Part shown: in pieces, positions 42,167 to 55,251 of the stretch
Layout of the letters: every line of letters begins with the position of its first letter
Position numbering within the stretch: the stretch's first letter is position 1
NCBI RefSeq assembly: GCF_022539665.2
Contig: NC_081331.1
Span: 12,710,001 to 12,774,000, forward strand
DNA from: Daphnia carinata
Taxonomy: Eukaryota
Length of the DNA stretch: 64,000 nucleotides
Reading direction: 5' to 3'
Made by a program: the position numbers and the translations under genes
Notes under the pieces: model-generated
Database searches by the model: none
Seen by the model: the letters and a program-made list of their open reading frames with translations, nothing else
What the model was told of the DNA's origin: nothing

Positions 42167-42928
42167 TTATTTTCGACCATAATAATATCCACCATATCCA
42201 CCTCTGCGCCCAAATACGTCACGATCAGGACCAGTGTAACTATGTCCTCCACGAAACCCAAATCTTCCACGACTAAAGCTACCGTCAAAATCTTTGAGGT
42301 AATACACGCGGACAACGCCAATACTATCAGAATCATTTGAATCGTCAGCATTGCTTTCGTAGGTTCCACGAAAATCTGGATCAGTTTCGGATCTGGTCGG
42401 GGTCCATTAGACGAAATGAATTTCCTTCTATATACTGGAGCTCCAGGCCAAGCCCTGTTGCTGCCACTGCCTATGTCTTAAACCATTCTGTTGAACTAAC
42501 AAAATTCAATATTGATTTAGCAATCTTAAAATTACCATTATTGGCTTCGTTACTGGCAGCAGGGGCGTCTTTATCGGCGATTTGGTAGACGTTATTGTCG
42601 ACCGTGTTGACATCCGCATCAGTCTTTTGAACGATGGGATTAGGTCCGGTACGTTCTACTGGTTTCCACATAAAACAACATCGGTTTTATATTTTGTGTT
42701 AGTTTGCCGGTAAAGGGTTCCCGCATAATATAAATAAAATAAACTCTTATAGTTACCCAATTCGCGAGAAACTTTTGGTTTAATTCCGCCAATACTAGCA
42801 GCTCCCGCCAGTGCCAACAAGCACGCTAGGGCAATCTGGTCAATGATTACACATGGAGCAACAAAATGAATCAGAAATTGTTTAAATCGCTGAGAAAAAT
42901 TCGAATGAAATATTACCAAAACTCTCAT
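42167..42928 (-). CDS. Divergent member F of the precursor family (extra introns)
   Basis: Exon 1 MRVL (42917-42928), IALACLLALAGA signal, TATAAAA at 43017-43023. Further exons inferred at ~42757-42835, ~42536-42658 and a last exon ending RRGGYGGYYYGRK* at 42167. Internal splice pattern uncertain. Confidence 0.6.
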
Positions 42929-43915
42929 TGTAGTTCAGTCTGTGGTGGACCGTTGCTTATCGCAGAGAAAAGGCTTTTGAAACGTCTGTGCTTATCAACG
43001 GCAGTACTAGCGTGTATTTTATACACAACTCGGAGCGCTACATAGCGCAGTTTGCTACGTGTTAGTTTTCCAAAAAGTATGACTAATTTACCACCTGTGG
43101 GTCAAGTACCTTGCTGACCTATATACAATAACCCTTTTCATTTGAAATATACCCCATTTTTCTGATATAATCTCTCGCTGTCTCTGCTAACCTTCTGATC
43201 GTACACACGCAATTTCTAGTTGGACGTGGCTCTATTGCCAACGTGAAACAAACAGGATGTTGGCACGGTGTACGTGACCTGCCCGACATGCAAATGAAAT
43301 GGGGCACTATGTATATGTGTCGCAAGTGTGAACGAGATCCGTGTCTCTGGCTACTGCGTCAGCATGCTATCCGTTGACACGTATGCTGTTCGAGATATTT
43401 CTAAAAAATGGAAACAGTAAAACATATGGTGAAACGTTCCTGTTACCCCGTCATTACTCCATGATCGTGACATTTCATTTGCGTGTCGGAGAGGTCCTTT
43501 ACAACAAATGAAAATCCTGTTCGTTTCGCGTTGATAGAGTCACATGCAACTAGAAATGTCACGATGATTACCAGACGGCTACCACGACTACCCCATTAGC
43601 AGCCAGAAGTTGATGCAGCTGATGCCCGAGAATACGGTGCTGAATGTGGTATCCCCATGTCATACGAAGGATTGAGCATTTCGAGTGAAAGATGATATTT
43701 CTGGATCATACTGAAGCCGCTACAAGCATACAAGAAAAACTCAATGTTTAACGCGCTAATATTTTTATTGAACCAAAACAGTTGTTCAGGAAGTTGACAT
43801 TAGCTTTTGGGATTTACGAAAACGCCTCGCAATATAACGAATTAAACCACCATACCATAAAACACGGTTAACAATAACAGCAACAATTTGATGGAAGTCA
43901 AAGAAAAATTTTGCT

Positions 43916-44464
43916 TTAGCCGCGGTGGCCGCCGTATCCACTATAACCTCCGTGTCCGCCATAACTTCCGTATCCACCATAACCTCCGTGTCCACCATAA
44001 CTTCCGTGTCCGCCGTAGCTTCCACGTCCTCCATAGCCCCAACCTCCACGACGATGTTCAGCGGCTTCTAAGTCAGTAGCAAGGGCGTCGTCTTCAACCG
44101 AACGACGTTTACGGCCCCATCCGTGTCCACCATATCCTCCGTAACCACCTCGATGTCCTCCGCCATACCCTCCGTATCCCCCTCGATATCCTCCGCCATA
44201 ACCTCCGTATCCACTAGGCCGGCCTCCGTAGTATCCGCTTCTGTGGTGTTCGGCAGCGTCTAGATCAGCTACCTGGACGACTACATCAGCCTCATCAACG
44301 GCGGCGGCTAGTGCCATTAGGCACGCTAATGCGATCTAATTTAATTGGTTCACACAATAGCTTTATTAAATTGAAAGTCCTTTCACTATCTTCAGAAAAT
44401 TATCTTAAACTACATATAATCACTATTCAAATGAAAAGAAATTATTTCTTACCACGACTTTCAT
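43916..44464 (-). CDS. Gly/Tyr-rich two-peptide precursor gene G
   Basis: Exon 1 44453-44464 (MKVV), exon 2 43916-44335. DLDAAE...HGWG-RKRR-SVEDDALATDLEAAE-HRRGGWGY... Confidence 0.9.
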
Positions 44465-45004
44465 GGCTTTGGGGAGTGTGAAACTGTTGCTCTCGATGGC
44501 TGAAGACTGATATCTATCCAGCCTGTTCGTGTCCCTTTTATACTGATTCACAGTCACGGTTGTTGCTTCTACTCTACCTGTAAGTTTGGCCGCATCCACT
44601 TAATCTGTAGTTATATAAGTTTCAAGACCTTGAAACTAAACTTAGAGGACAAACACGAAAACCCCCTTTTCCCTTGAAAACATCGCTGCCTATCTTACCT
44701 TTTAATTGTTTTCCGATGAAGCAAAACCATGCCGACCACGAACAATATTTAAAATAGAGGCAATTCTATTGTGGAATATTCTTGTATTGTAAAACACTTC
44801 ATAGCCCAATTAGGATAAGGGAATAAAATACAGAACCCACACCAGTTTGATTTGGTGTGAGTTAACGCTGATATCGTGAGCTGGTAGGCAGCATCCTGCC
44901 TCTCATTTCCTTTGACACCCAAGTGATTTTCCAGGTTCACAGTCGTTTTTTCTTCATGGGAGGCTTTTAAGCTCACTTTTTAAGCATTAAAAGAATTGAC
45001 CTGA

Positions 45005-45330
45005 CAAAATAAGCCCGAGAAAATAAGCCCGATTATTTTTTGATAGGAAAAAATTTTAAGCCCGACAAAATAAGCCCAACAAAATAAGCCCGATTTTTTG
45101 TTTTTTACGATTAATTCAAAAAGTAGAAGCCTAATATAAAAATATACCCCTTTTTCGTGATCAGCGATCAATTTCGAATCGAAATAGTGTATTTTTAACG
45201 AAATCTAGAATTTGACGAAAATTGAAAAAATGAGAAGGCCTTCTTATTTCTACGAAAATCATCAAAAAGCGATATCTCTCGGAATTCGAAAAAAATACAC
45301 ACGTAAGACTCAAAATTGAACGCCAATTCT
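45005..45330. repeat. AT-rich interspersed repeat, copy 2, with tandem AAATAAGCCC(GA) motifs
   Basis: About five (AAAT)AAGCCC motifs at 45007-45092, followed by ~200 nt similar to 25845-26047. Confidence 0.55.
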
Positions 45331-45719
45331 AACTAGCACGTTAGTTTTTCCGTAATCTATAAGGTTATTGAATTGTGCGCAATCAAAATAGTTGAATAAT
45401 GGAATTTGTTTTTACGTAGAGTTTATAGTTTTTGAGAATTAAGGATCAGTAAATATAGCAGAAATTAGTCTGAAGTTGCAACAGAAAGAGGACGATTCTC
45501 TCAGGATCAAAACAACGTTTATCAAGACCCTGGAAATCAGGCAAAGTTCACTACAACTGAAAAATCCTGAATACGATAACAGTTTATTGAATCAAAGAAA
45601 AGAGTCTAAATACCAGTACATCACTCGGAAAAGCTCATGAAAAACAACGGGTGAAACGAGACAGTAATCATGTGGGAAACAGCAATAACAACAGGATAAA
45701 CGAGCTTAGAAACGATTAT

Positions 45720-46242
45720 TTAGCCATGATAACCACCATATCCGCCATACCGTCTATATCCACCATAACCTCCGTATCCACCATAACTTCCGTATCCGCC
45801 GTAGCCTCCGTATCCGCCGTAGCCTCCACGACCTCCATAACCCCAACCTCCACGGTAATGTTCAGCGGTGTCCAAGTCGGCCGCCAGCACTTCGTCTTCA
45901 ACCGAGCGACGTTTACGGCCCCATCCGTATCCTCTGTGTCCACCGTACCCACCGTATCCTCCGTGATATCCGCCACCGTATCCTCCGTATCCTCCGTACC
46001 GTCCGGGACGTCCTCCGTAGTATCCACCACGGTGTGCGGCAACATCGAGGTCAGCTACTTCGACTGCTACGTCCGTCTCATCAACGGCAGCGGCTAGTGC
46101 CATTAGGCAGGCAAATGCGATCTAGTTTGGTTGATTGAAAATGAAGATTCAAATTCGATTCAGAATGTACTATAGCAATGAATTGATATCATTTAACGTC
46201 ACTATTTAAATGAGGAAAGTAATATCTTACCACAACTTTCAT
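45720..46242 (-). CDS. Gly/Tyr-rich two-peptide precursor gene H
   Basis: Exon 1 46231-46242 (MKVV), exon 2 45720-46121. Close paralog of G; YGWG-RKRR-SVEDEVLAADLDTAE-HYRGGWGY(GGY)n. Confidence 0.9.
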
Positions 46243-46854
46243 GGTTGCAAAGTTTTCAAGTGGTGCTGTCGCTTGCTGAAAAACTTCTGTTGAAGGGGAC
46301 CTGTTCTTTCTCTTTTTATAGGGGCCCACCGTTACGGTTGAATTCGTTGTTGCTTGTAAACTTGTTTGCGTCCAGTTGGGCTTGTTATGTAAGTTGTCGA
46401 AACCGCGATCTTGTAAGTCATATTAGAGGACGAACAAGAGAAAATTCCCCTTTCCCCTTGGAGGGCGTTGTCTTCCATCTTCTGCTTTAAATTGTTTTTC
46501 CATTAAATGTTTATGCATTATTTCCTATGCATTAGTTCTTTTTCTCAAATGACGCAGCAGTTTTTATCATCCATCGAAACCTGTTCGTTGAGTGCCTCGT
46601 CATTGCCCTAATCAAAGGATCGATCATACTTGACAAAATGCGCATTAATGTGGAGGTATCAATTCCTTCTTTTGCCATAAAAGAACTGCGAATGAGCATC
46701 GACAAAGGCTTTGCTATTATAGTTAATTGCGTCCAGTGAAATTCAGATTGTATCGTATTTACCAAGCTACGTAAGATTTACGGCTACGTGATTCATGCGC
46801 CGTGTATTGCGTGCTGCTGGCTATTAAGTGGTGCAATCGAGCGCTAGAACAAGG

Positions 46855-47025
46855 ATGTCCATGAAGCACCTTTCCATGTCCTTTTGTGTTGATCGTTCAC
46901 CGTCACGGATTATTCTGTCTTATCTATAAGCTTGGACGTATTCAATTGGTTTTGATAAATAAAGGACAAAACCTTGGAATCCAAACCAGAAGACAAATGA
47001 AGAAATAACGTTTTTCCTTGAAGAA
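46855..47025 (-). pseudogene. Orphan promoter remnant of the precursor family (TATA destroyed, no coding exon)
   Basis: Colinear with the gene G promoter (44525-44680): gtcctttt..., tcaccgtcacgg, taagcttgg, accttgg, gacaaa, tttccttgaa. TATAAAA is replaced by CACAAAA and no MKVV exon follows. Confidence 0.55.
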
Positions 47026-47675
47026 ATTATGCTTGATTTATACGATGCATAACGAAATACAGAGATATGCATTATCACAAGAAAAGTAACAAGAAGCACA
47101 AGACCTCCGGCTCTTTAAGCCAGTCCCCACACCTCAGCATAGTTTAAACCAGACATAATTTTATAAGCAAATCGACAGTAAGTTGCTTTCACCGTCTTTT
47201 GTTAATAGAACAAATCGCCTTCATTGGCATTGGGAGTCAACAACCAGTGCTCACTATGCATTGTTTAATGAGTTTTCTTTTGAGACGGACAGTTTGAGGC
47301 AAAGGCGGAAATGTCTCACAAAGACTCGGAGATAGCACAAAGCCCACTGATGAGGTGAATTTACGTTCCACCACTCGAAACGAGTTGTCTAATTTAATGC
47401 GGATTATGAGTTTAGTCATTTGCCTTCTGAATTTCCAAATGGAACTTTTATGGACATTCTACTACATGAGGAATAAATAAAAATGACAGCCACATAGTTA
47501 CCAATGTCGAAATTTTGTATTGAATCAAAACGAGTATTCTGTTACGAAACCAATTCCTTACGTTACGCCTTACACCGGATACTTTAACACGTTAAGTTTG
47601 ATGGTGAAGGAAACAACATTATCATTAATTAAAAGCGATCAACATAACCATAGTAGCCAAACCACATTGTGTAGC

Positions 47676-48559
47676 TTAACGTCCCCATTGATTATGTCCT
47701 CCATATGAGCCATAATTGTTGGATGATTGCCCACCATAGCCAGGATAGCTGTTATAGCCACCACCATAGCCGCCATTATTTCCATAGCCATTATTTCCAT
47801 AGCCATTATTTCCATAGCCATTATTTCCATAGCCATTATTTCCATAGCCATTATTTCCATAGCCACCTGAATTTCCATAGCCACCATAGCTTCCGTAACC
47901 TTGAGCGTGATGCTCAGCAGCTTCCAAGTCAATGACGTCGTCGTCTTCGAGGGATCGGCGTTTGCGGCCAAATGCATGTCCACCGTGGCCACCACTGTGT
48001 CCACCGCGATGTCCTCCTGCGTTTCCATGCCGATGTCCTCCTCCTTGTCCAGCGTAATGACCACCGGTTCTTCTGCTCTCGGCAACATCAATGTCGACGA
48101 CATCCTGAACAAACGGCTGAACGCTCAGAACATTAGGCAGATTTTCCTTAACCGATCGGTGGCCTCGTCCGCCGGAGTATGCAGGTCCGTTAGAGTATGG
48201 ACGTTGGGCGTTAAGGTGTGCACTGTGTCCACCCCGATTTCCACCATAATTGCCAGCCTGTTGTCCACCATAACCGGGATTTCTAGACGCATGATGTTCG
48301 GCGACATCCAAATCAGCAATGTGTTCAACTTGTTCGATCCCTTGAGCTGTTGCGAATAGCGCCAGCAAACAAGTTAATGCGATCTAATCAGATCATATTA
48401 AAACGAATATGTAGGAATATGTTATTTCTTTGGACAACATAATAAAACTGATGAACTCCATATCCAACATGGGAAACGATTCACGCTTAAGAATTTGCCA
48501 TGTCAGAGGTTTGTTTTAAACTGATAGTTAGATAGTTTCGATCTTACGGCAATTTTCAT
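47676..48559 (-). CDS. Gly/Asn/Tyr/His-rich three-peptide precursor gene I
   Basis: Exon 1 48548-48559 (MKIA), exon 2 47676-48383. DLDVAE / RGHR-S / DIDVAE / FG-RKRR-S / DLEAAE; (GYGNN)x5 repeat; ends QWGR*. Confidence 0.9.
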
Positions 48560-49865
48560 GGTGTGAAGTCTTCAAGTGTTGTTTGCAGAATGGTGAAGTA
48601 TGTGTTAATGCATCCATTACTAGGCCTTTTTATACTTGTTCCGCGGTCAGGGCGAATTCGCCCTTTCCTGCACGAGCGTGTATAACTTCTACAAGAAACG
48701 CAAGACCTTGAAACACATGTTAAGGGTAAACAACTGGAAGATCCGCATGCGCCGGCGGTCATCCCGCGGGATTCTTATGTTGAAATGTCTAAATTTTTAT
48801 TGTTAGTAAGTAAGACCATGTACGAATAACATATATCATAAAACCGCATTGCTTCGCAAAGCTGTTCAAAGGACATGTGATTTTTGGCCAAGCCCTTTTG
48901 ATTGTAGATAATCAAATTAACTGAAATGGAAAGACATCAAAGGCAAAGACAAGATCAAGTTTGTGATGTTCCATACGTATGATTCCAATCTGCGGTGAAG
49001 CTATGCGTCACAGTGTATTTCAAATGTATTACTCAGGAGCCAATGGACCATTAATTTTCATATTTTCTTTAAGGAAGAGTCCCAAGGCTAGAGTGCTTAA
49101 AACTGGGTTTTTCCTTGGTTTTTGCTGGGTTTTTCCCTGCTGCTCAAAGGACGTTCATTTTGGAAAGTAAACTGACAGCCACTAATTCGAAACAACTCGC
49201 CATTGTCGTGGTAAACACCTCTGGTCATGTAAAAGAATGAAAAACATAATGAATCTGTGCCGCAATCCCGTAACATGCGGTAAAAAAGATGACATCTGTG
49301 AAATTAATAAAACCCTGAGCTCAAACCGAACGCTTTAAATTTTGCCAACTTGTGTGACCATTTTGATACGTTGTATTATACCACAGAGATTAAGATTCTG
49401 ATCGTCAATGGATAATCACAGATGCTTATGAGTTACACGTACAGTATATGTCATATTGTTCGCATTTACGGTCCATTGCTTCAATATTTGCTTATAGAAA
49501 TATTTATCCTGCATCTGCCCATGGTCGAACTGAGGACCCATTGCGGGTGAAACAACCATGATAACAATTACACTGCAGAGGCTTAGAAACACCACTTATG
49601 TTTACAATTATTTCTTTGGCAAGTAATGCAAAACGAAGCCATTGCAATCTCCAGTTTAACAGACTGTTATACGAAATCGAAACCAATTCGCTGCGCCTTA
49701 GACATGCCAAGTCCGTACAAAGAAGCAACAAGAAAATCGAATCTTAAAAACTCAAACCCTTTATTGGATTTTAAAACGAAGCGTTACAGCGTACCAATTT
49801 TACACAAAGAGTAAAAATCATGCAGATATTGACAGATATTTCGAGAAATCGATTTTTTCTTTCTT

Positions 49866-50417
49866 TTAACCGGAGTACCCAAAGACACGGTGGCCTCCAT
49901 TACTACCATAGCCCCAACCTCCGTATCCGCTGCGATAGTCACCATAGCCATAGCTTTTGGTATTTCCGTAGCCATTGCTTTTGGTACTTCCATAGCTTCC
50001 ATATCCTCCGGTACTTCCATAGCTTCCATAGCCTCCGGTACTTCCATAGCCTCCCCAACCTCCAGTGCTTCCATAGCCTCCATAGCTTCGACGCTGATGT
50101 TCCGCAGCCTCCAAATCAGAGGCAAGCGCTCCGTCTTCGACTGAACGGCGTTGACGGCCCCATCCGTATGTTCCACGATATGCGCTACCATATGGTCTAT
50201 ATCCACTGGGGTATCCTCCATGGTGCCAAACTCGCCTGGATTCGGCAACATCCAAATCAGATGCCTCTACTACTGCGTCCGTCTCAACGGCGGCGGCAAG
50301 CGCCATAAGGCATGCAAGTACGATCTGGTTTAATCAATCGAATTATAGTAAGCATATAAGTAAACTTATGAGAGCTAAAATAATTATTTTAAATTAAAAG
50401 CTTACCACGACTTTCAT
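49866..50417 (-). CDS. Gly/Tyr-rich two-peptide precursor gene J (recent tandem quartet, copy 1)
   Basis: Exon 1 50406-50417 (MKVV), exon 2 49866-50324. DLDVAE...YGWG-RQRR-SVEDGALASDLEAAE-HQRRSY... Confidence 0.9.
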
Positions 50418-51540
50418 TGTTGCAACGATTTGTAGAGTTAACTCGAGAGCTGAAGAACTTATGTCGATGTAGCCCAAATCCATGCCATTTTATACTAAAT
50501 AATCATCATGGCTTTTGCTTCTGTCCTCTTTTTGAATATATACACCCATCGATGGTTGCTGTAAAAAGCCACAAAACCTTGAACGACGATCTGGAGGACG
50601 AACAAAAAAAGACACCACCCCTAACCTTCCCCGTTTAATTTCTGGATCAGACCTTACTTTAGTAAATGAAATAAAAGAATTGTTTTTTTCTGTGACGACA
50701 AAATGATGATGATGATGAAGAATAAGGGTATATCCCTTATATGGTTGGCACTTTCTTATCAAATATGTTATTTGAAACGCGTAGTGATCCACATTGCACA
50801 CGCAAAACAGAGAACGGATGCCGTTTCAAACCTATCCGTATTAGCCTTATTTGTCACACTGGACGCATTTAAGGTCCTTTGCTACAATATTTGTTTATGG
50901 AAATATTTATCCTGCAACTGCCCAGGATCGAACTGAGAACCTGTTGCGTGGGAAACAACCGTGAAAACCATTATACTACAGAAGCTTATAAACAGATTTG
51001 AACTCTATCAACTATATCCTACTTCTACACTTTAATTACCTAAATTAAAAGCAAACTGCGGTGGCACATAAAAGAAAAACACATTATCAAAATGAAAACA
51101 CCTAAGCGACGCATATGTGTTGATATTCCAAATGTACCATAAAAACGATTCGTCGAATGCTCTATGAAAGATGCGCATGAATTTCCTATTGGATGTGATC
51201 GATGCACTTTTGTTACAAGAATTTCTTTGGTATATCATGCAAAACGAAGCCATCGCAATCTCCAGTTCAACAGACTGTTATGCGAAACCGAGACCAATTC
51301 GCTTCTTCTTAGACATGCCACGTCGGTACACATATGAAACAAGAAAACCGAATCTTCAAATGCAAACGATTTATTGAATTTTAAAACGAAAGGTTACAGC
51401 GTACCAATTTTCATGGTCATTGGAATGATTTTGAAACAGACCATTTAAACAAAAGTGACGTGGAATGAAAAGATTAAAACAAACGGTAACAATCATGCAG
51501 ACGTGCACAGGTATTTCGAGAAATCGATTTTGTCTTTCTT

Positions 51541-52127
51541 TTAACCGGAGTACCCAAAGCCACGGTGACCTCCATAACTACCATAGCCCCAACTTCCGTA
51601 TCCGCTGGGGTAGCCACCATAGCCATAGCTTTTGGTATTTCCATAGCCATAGCTTTTGGTATTTCCATAGCCATATCTTTGGGTACTTCCATAGCCTCCA
51701 TATCCTCCGGTACTTCCATAGCCTCCATATACTCCGGTCCTTCCATAGCCTCCATAGCTTCGACGTTGATGTTCCGCAGCCTCCAAATCAGAGGCAAGCG
51801 CTCCGTCTTCAACTGAACGACGTTGGCGGCCCCATCCGTATGTTCCGCGATATCCGCCACCATATGGGTTATATCCACTGCGGTATCCTCCATAGTACCA
51901 ACCGCGCCTGGATTCGGCAGCATCCAAATCAGATACCTCTGCTACCGCGTCCGTTTCAACGGCGGCGGCAAGCGCCATTAGGCATGCAAGTACGATCTGG
52001 TTTAATCAATCGAATTATAGTAAGCATATACTGTAAGTAAATTTATGAGAGCTAAAATAATTATTTTAAATGAAAAGCGCTACTTTTATCTTAGAAAAGA
52101 AATCAAAAATCTTACCACGACTTTCAT
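51541..52127 (-). CDS. Precursor gene K (quartet copy 2)
   Basis: Exon 1 52116-52127, exon 2 51541-51996. Near-identical to J, L and M. Confidence 0.9.
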
Positions 52128-52559
52128 TGTTGCAACGTTTTGAAGAGACAACTCGAGAGCTGAAGAACTGATGTCGATGGAGCCCAAATCCATGCCATTT
52201 TATACTAAATCATCATCACGGCTTTTGTTTCTGTTCTCTTTCTGAACATCTACACCGATCGAGATGGTTGCTGTAAAAGCCACAAAACCTTGAACGGCGA
52301 TCTGGAGGACGAACAACCAAAGACACCACCCCTAACCTTGCCCTTTTAATTTCTGCACCATACCTTACTTTAGTAAACGAATAAAAAAATTGCTTTTTCT
52401 TTGACGACTTTGGCAAAATAATGATGATGATGAAGAATAAGGGTATATCCCTTATATGGTTGGCACTTTCTTATCAAACATGTTTATTTCATACGCGTAG
52501 TGCTCCACGGTGACACGCAAAACAGAGAACGGATTGCTCATTAAACTTTCCCCGTTACC

Positions 52560-53030
52560 GACTCACCGTCACACCCACGCGAAGAATCTCTTATCTTATA
52601 GAGAGCTGTTTAAACAGTACGAGTATCCAAAACCTTGAAGCATAAATGAAGAAAAACGGGGAAGCCCCTCTGCTTCCACGGTCGTTCCCCAATCCTCTTT
52701 AGTGACACACTTGAATATGAAGGTGATCGTGAAGGAAAGACTGCCAATGAATAAAACAAGTTGTTCTTCTCGCTCCTCTTCAAAAACGTGTGTTCCCATG
52801 AAATCATGCATGTTAAAGGCTAAAATACAACGCCTCAAAATTTCCCAACAGTTTGATATGCTGCAAGAATCCAACAGGAAAAGGATATGTGATTGATGAA
52901 ATCTAGAAAATGTTCTTCCAACTTTATTCGTGCTCGAAGGTTAAATTCATTGCAGCTTATAAGTACTCTGGGAAACGTTCATAAGCAAGTGGTTAATATT
53001 GCGCCGGAATTGGCCAATTTGCCCACTATA
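52560..53030 (-). pseudogene. Duplicated 3' fragment (last ~10 codons plus downstream sequence) of the carbonyl reductase gene
   Basis: Highly similar to 56305-56775. Minus strand reads WANWPIPAQY* versus WVNGLLPAQY* at the real gene end. Confidence 0.75.
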
Positions 53031-53523
53031 CATGTTGAGAGACTTATTCCAACTCTGCCCACCATATCCTACTTCAACAGTTTAACTACATAGATCAAAA
53101 GCAAGCTGCGGTGGCACATAAGAAAAACACGTTATCATAAAAAAAAATGCCTAAACGACGCATTTGTGCTTATGTTCCAAATATACCATAGAAACGAGTC
53201 GTCGAATGCTCTATGAAAGATGCGCATGAATTTCCAATTGGAGGTGTTCGATGCACTTATGTTTACAAGCATTTCATTGGCAAATCATGCAAAACGAAGC
53301 CACCGCAATTTCCAGTTTAACAGACGGTTATACGAAATCGAGACCAATTCGCTGCGTCTTAGATATGCCACGTCCGTACACATAAGCAAAAAGAAAATCG
53401 AATCTTAAAAATGCAAACCCTTTATTGAATTTTAAAACGAAGGGTTACAGCGTGCCAATTTTACCAAACAGTAACAATCATGCAGACATGCACAGATATT
53501 TCGAGAAACAATTTTTTTTTCTT

Positions 53524-54123
53524 TTAACCGGAGTACCCAAATCCACGGTGGCCTCCATAACTACCATAGCCCCAACCTCCGTATCCGCTGCGATAGCCAT
53601 CATAGCCATAGCTTTTGGTATTTCCATAGTCATAGCTTTTGGTATTTCCATAGCCATAGCTTTTGGTATTTCCGTAGCCATTGCTTTTGGTACTTCCATA
53701 GCCTCCATATCCTCCGGTACTTCCATAGCCTCCATATACTCCGGTCCTTCCATAGCCTCCATAACCTCCGGTACTTCCATAGCCTCCATATGTTCGACGC
53801 TGATGTTCCGCAGCTTCCAAATCAGCAGCAAGCGCTCCATCTTCAACTGAACGACGTTGGCGGCCCCATCCGTATGTTCCACGATATCCGCCACCATATG
53901 GGTTATATCCACTGCGGTATCCTCCATAGTACCCACCGCGCCTGTATTCGGCAACATCCAAATCAGAGGCCTCTACTACTGCGTCCGTCTCAACGGCGGC
54001 GGCAAACGCCATTAGGCATGCAAGTACGATCTGATTTAATCAATCGAATTATAGTAAACATAAAAGTAAACTTATGAGAGCTAAAATAATTATTTTAAAT
54101 TAAAAGCTTACCACGACTTTCAT
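53524..54123 (-). CDS. Precursor gene L (quartet copy 3)
   Basis: Exon 1 54112-54123, exon 2 53524-54030. Confidence 0.9.
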
Positions 54124-55251
54124 TGTTACAACGATTTGAAGAGTTAACTCGAGAGCTGAAGAACTGATGTCGATGGAGCACAATTCCATGCCATTTTATA
54201 CTAAATCATCATCAGGGCTTTTGTTTCTGTCCTCCTTCTGAATATCTACACCCGCCGATGATTGCTGTAAAAAGCCACAAAACCTTGAACGACGATATGG
54301 AGGACAAACAAAAAAAGACACCTACCCTAACCTTCCCCGTTTAATATCAGGATCAGAGCTTACTTTAGTACATGAAATAAAAGTATTGTTTTTTTCTGTG
54401 ACGACTTTGACAAAATGATGATGATGAAGAATAAGGGTGTATCCCTTATATGGTTGGCACTTTCTTATCAGACATGTTATTTCAAACGCGTAGTGATCCA
54501 CGTTGCACACGCAAAACAGAGAACGGATTCCTTTGCAAACCTTATTCGTATTAACCGTATCTGTCACACTGGCCGCATTTACGGTCCTTTAGTTCAATAT
54601 TTACTTATGGAACTACCTTTCCTGCATCTGCCCAGGATCGTACTGAGAACCTGTTGCGTGTGAAACAACCGTGAAAACCATTATACTACAGATGCTTATA
54701 AAATGATTTGAACTCTACCAACCATATCCTACTTCTACACTTTAACTACCTTCATGAAAAGCAAACTGTGGTGGCCCATAAAGAAAAACACATTATCATG
54801 ATGAAAACACCTAAACGACGCATATGTGTTTATGTTCCAAATTTACCATAAAAACGAGTCGTCAAATGCTCTGTGAAAGATGCGCATGAATTTCCAATTG
54901 GAGGTGATGGATGCACTTATGTTTACAAGCATTTCTTTGGCAAGTCATGCAAAACGAAGCCTTTGTAATCTCCAGTTCAACAGACTGTTGTGCGAAACCG
55001 AGACCAATTCGCTTCGTCTTAGGCATGCCACTTCCGTACACATAAGCAACAAGAAAACCGAATCTTAAAAATGCAAACGTTTTATTGAATTTTAAAACGA
55101 AAGGTTACAGCGTACCAATTTTCATGGTCATTGGGATAATTTTGAAACATACCACTTAAACAAAAGTAATGTGGAAAGAAAAGACTAAAACAAACAGTAA
55201 CAGTCATGCAGACATGGACAGATATTTCGAAAAATTGATTTTTTCTTTCCT

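Noticed and set aside
47320..47390. Hammerhead-ribozyme-like core (CTGATGA at 47347 ... GAAAC at 47377)
   Set aside because: Stem II does not close directly onto GAAA, the would-be cleavage triplet reads GGA rather than NUH, and no convincing stem I is present. An Infernal search would settle it.
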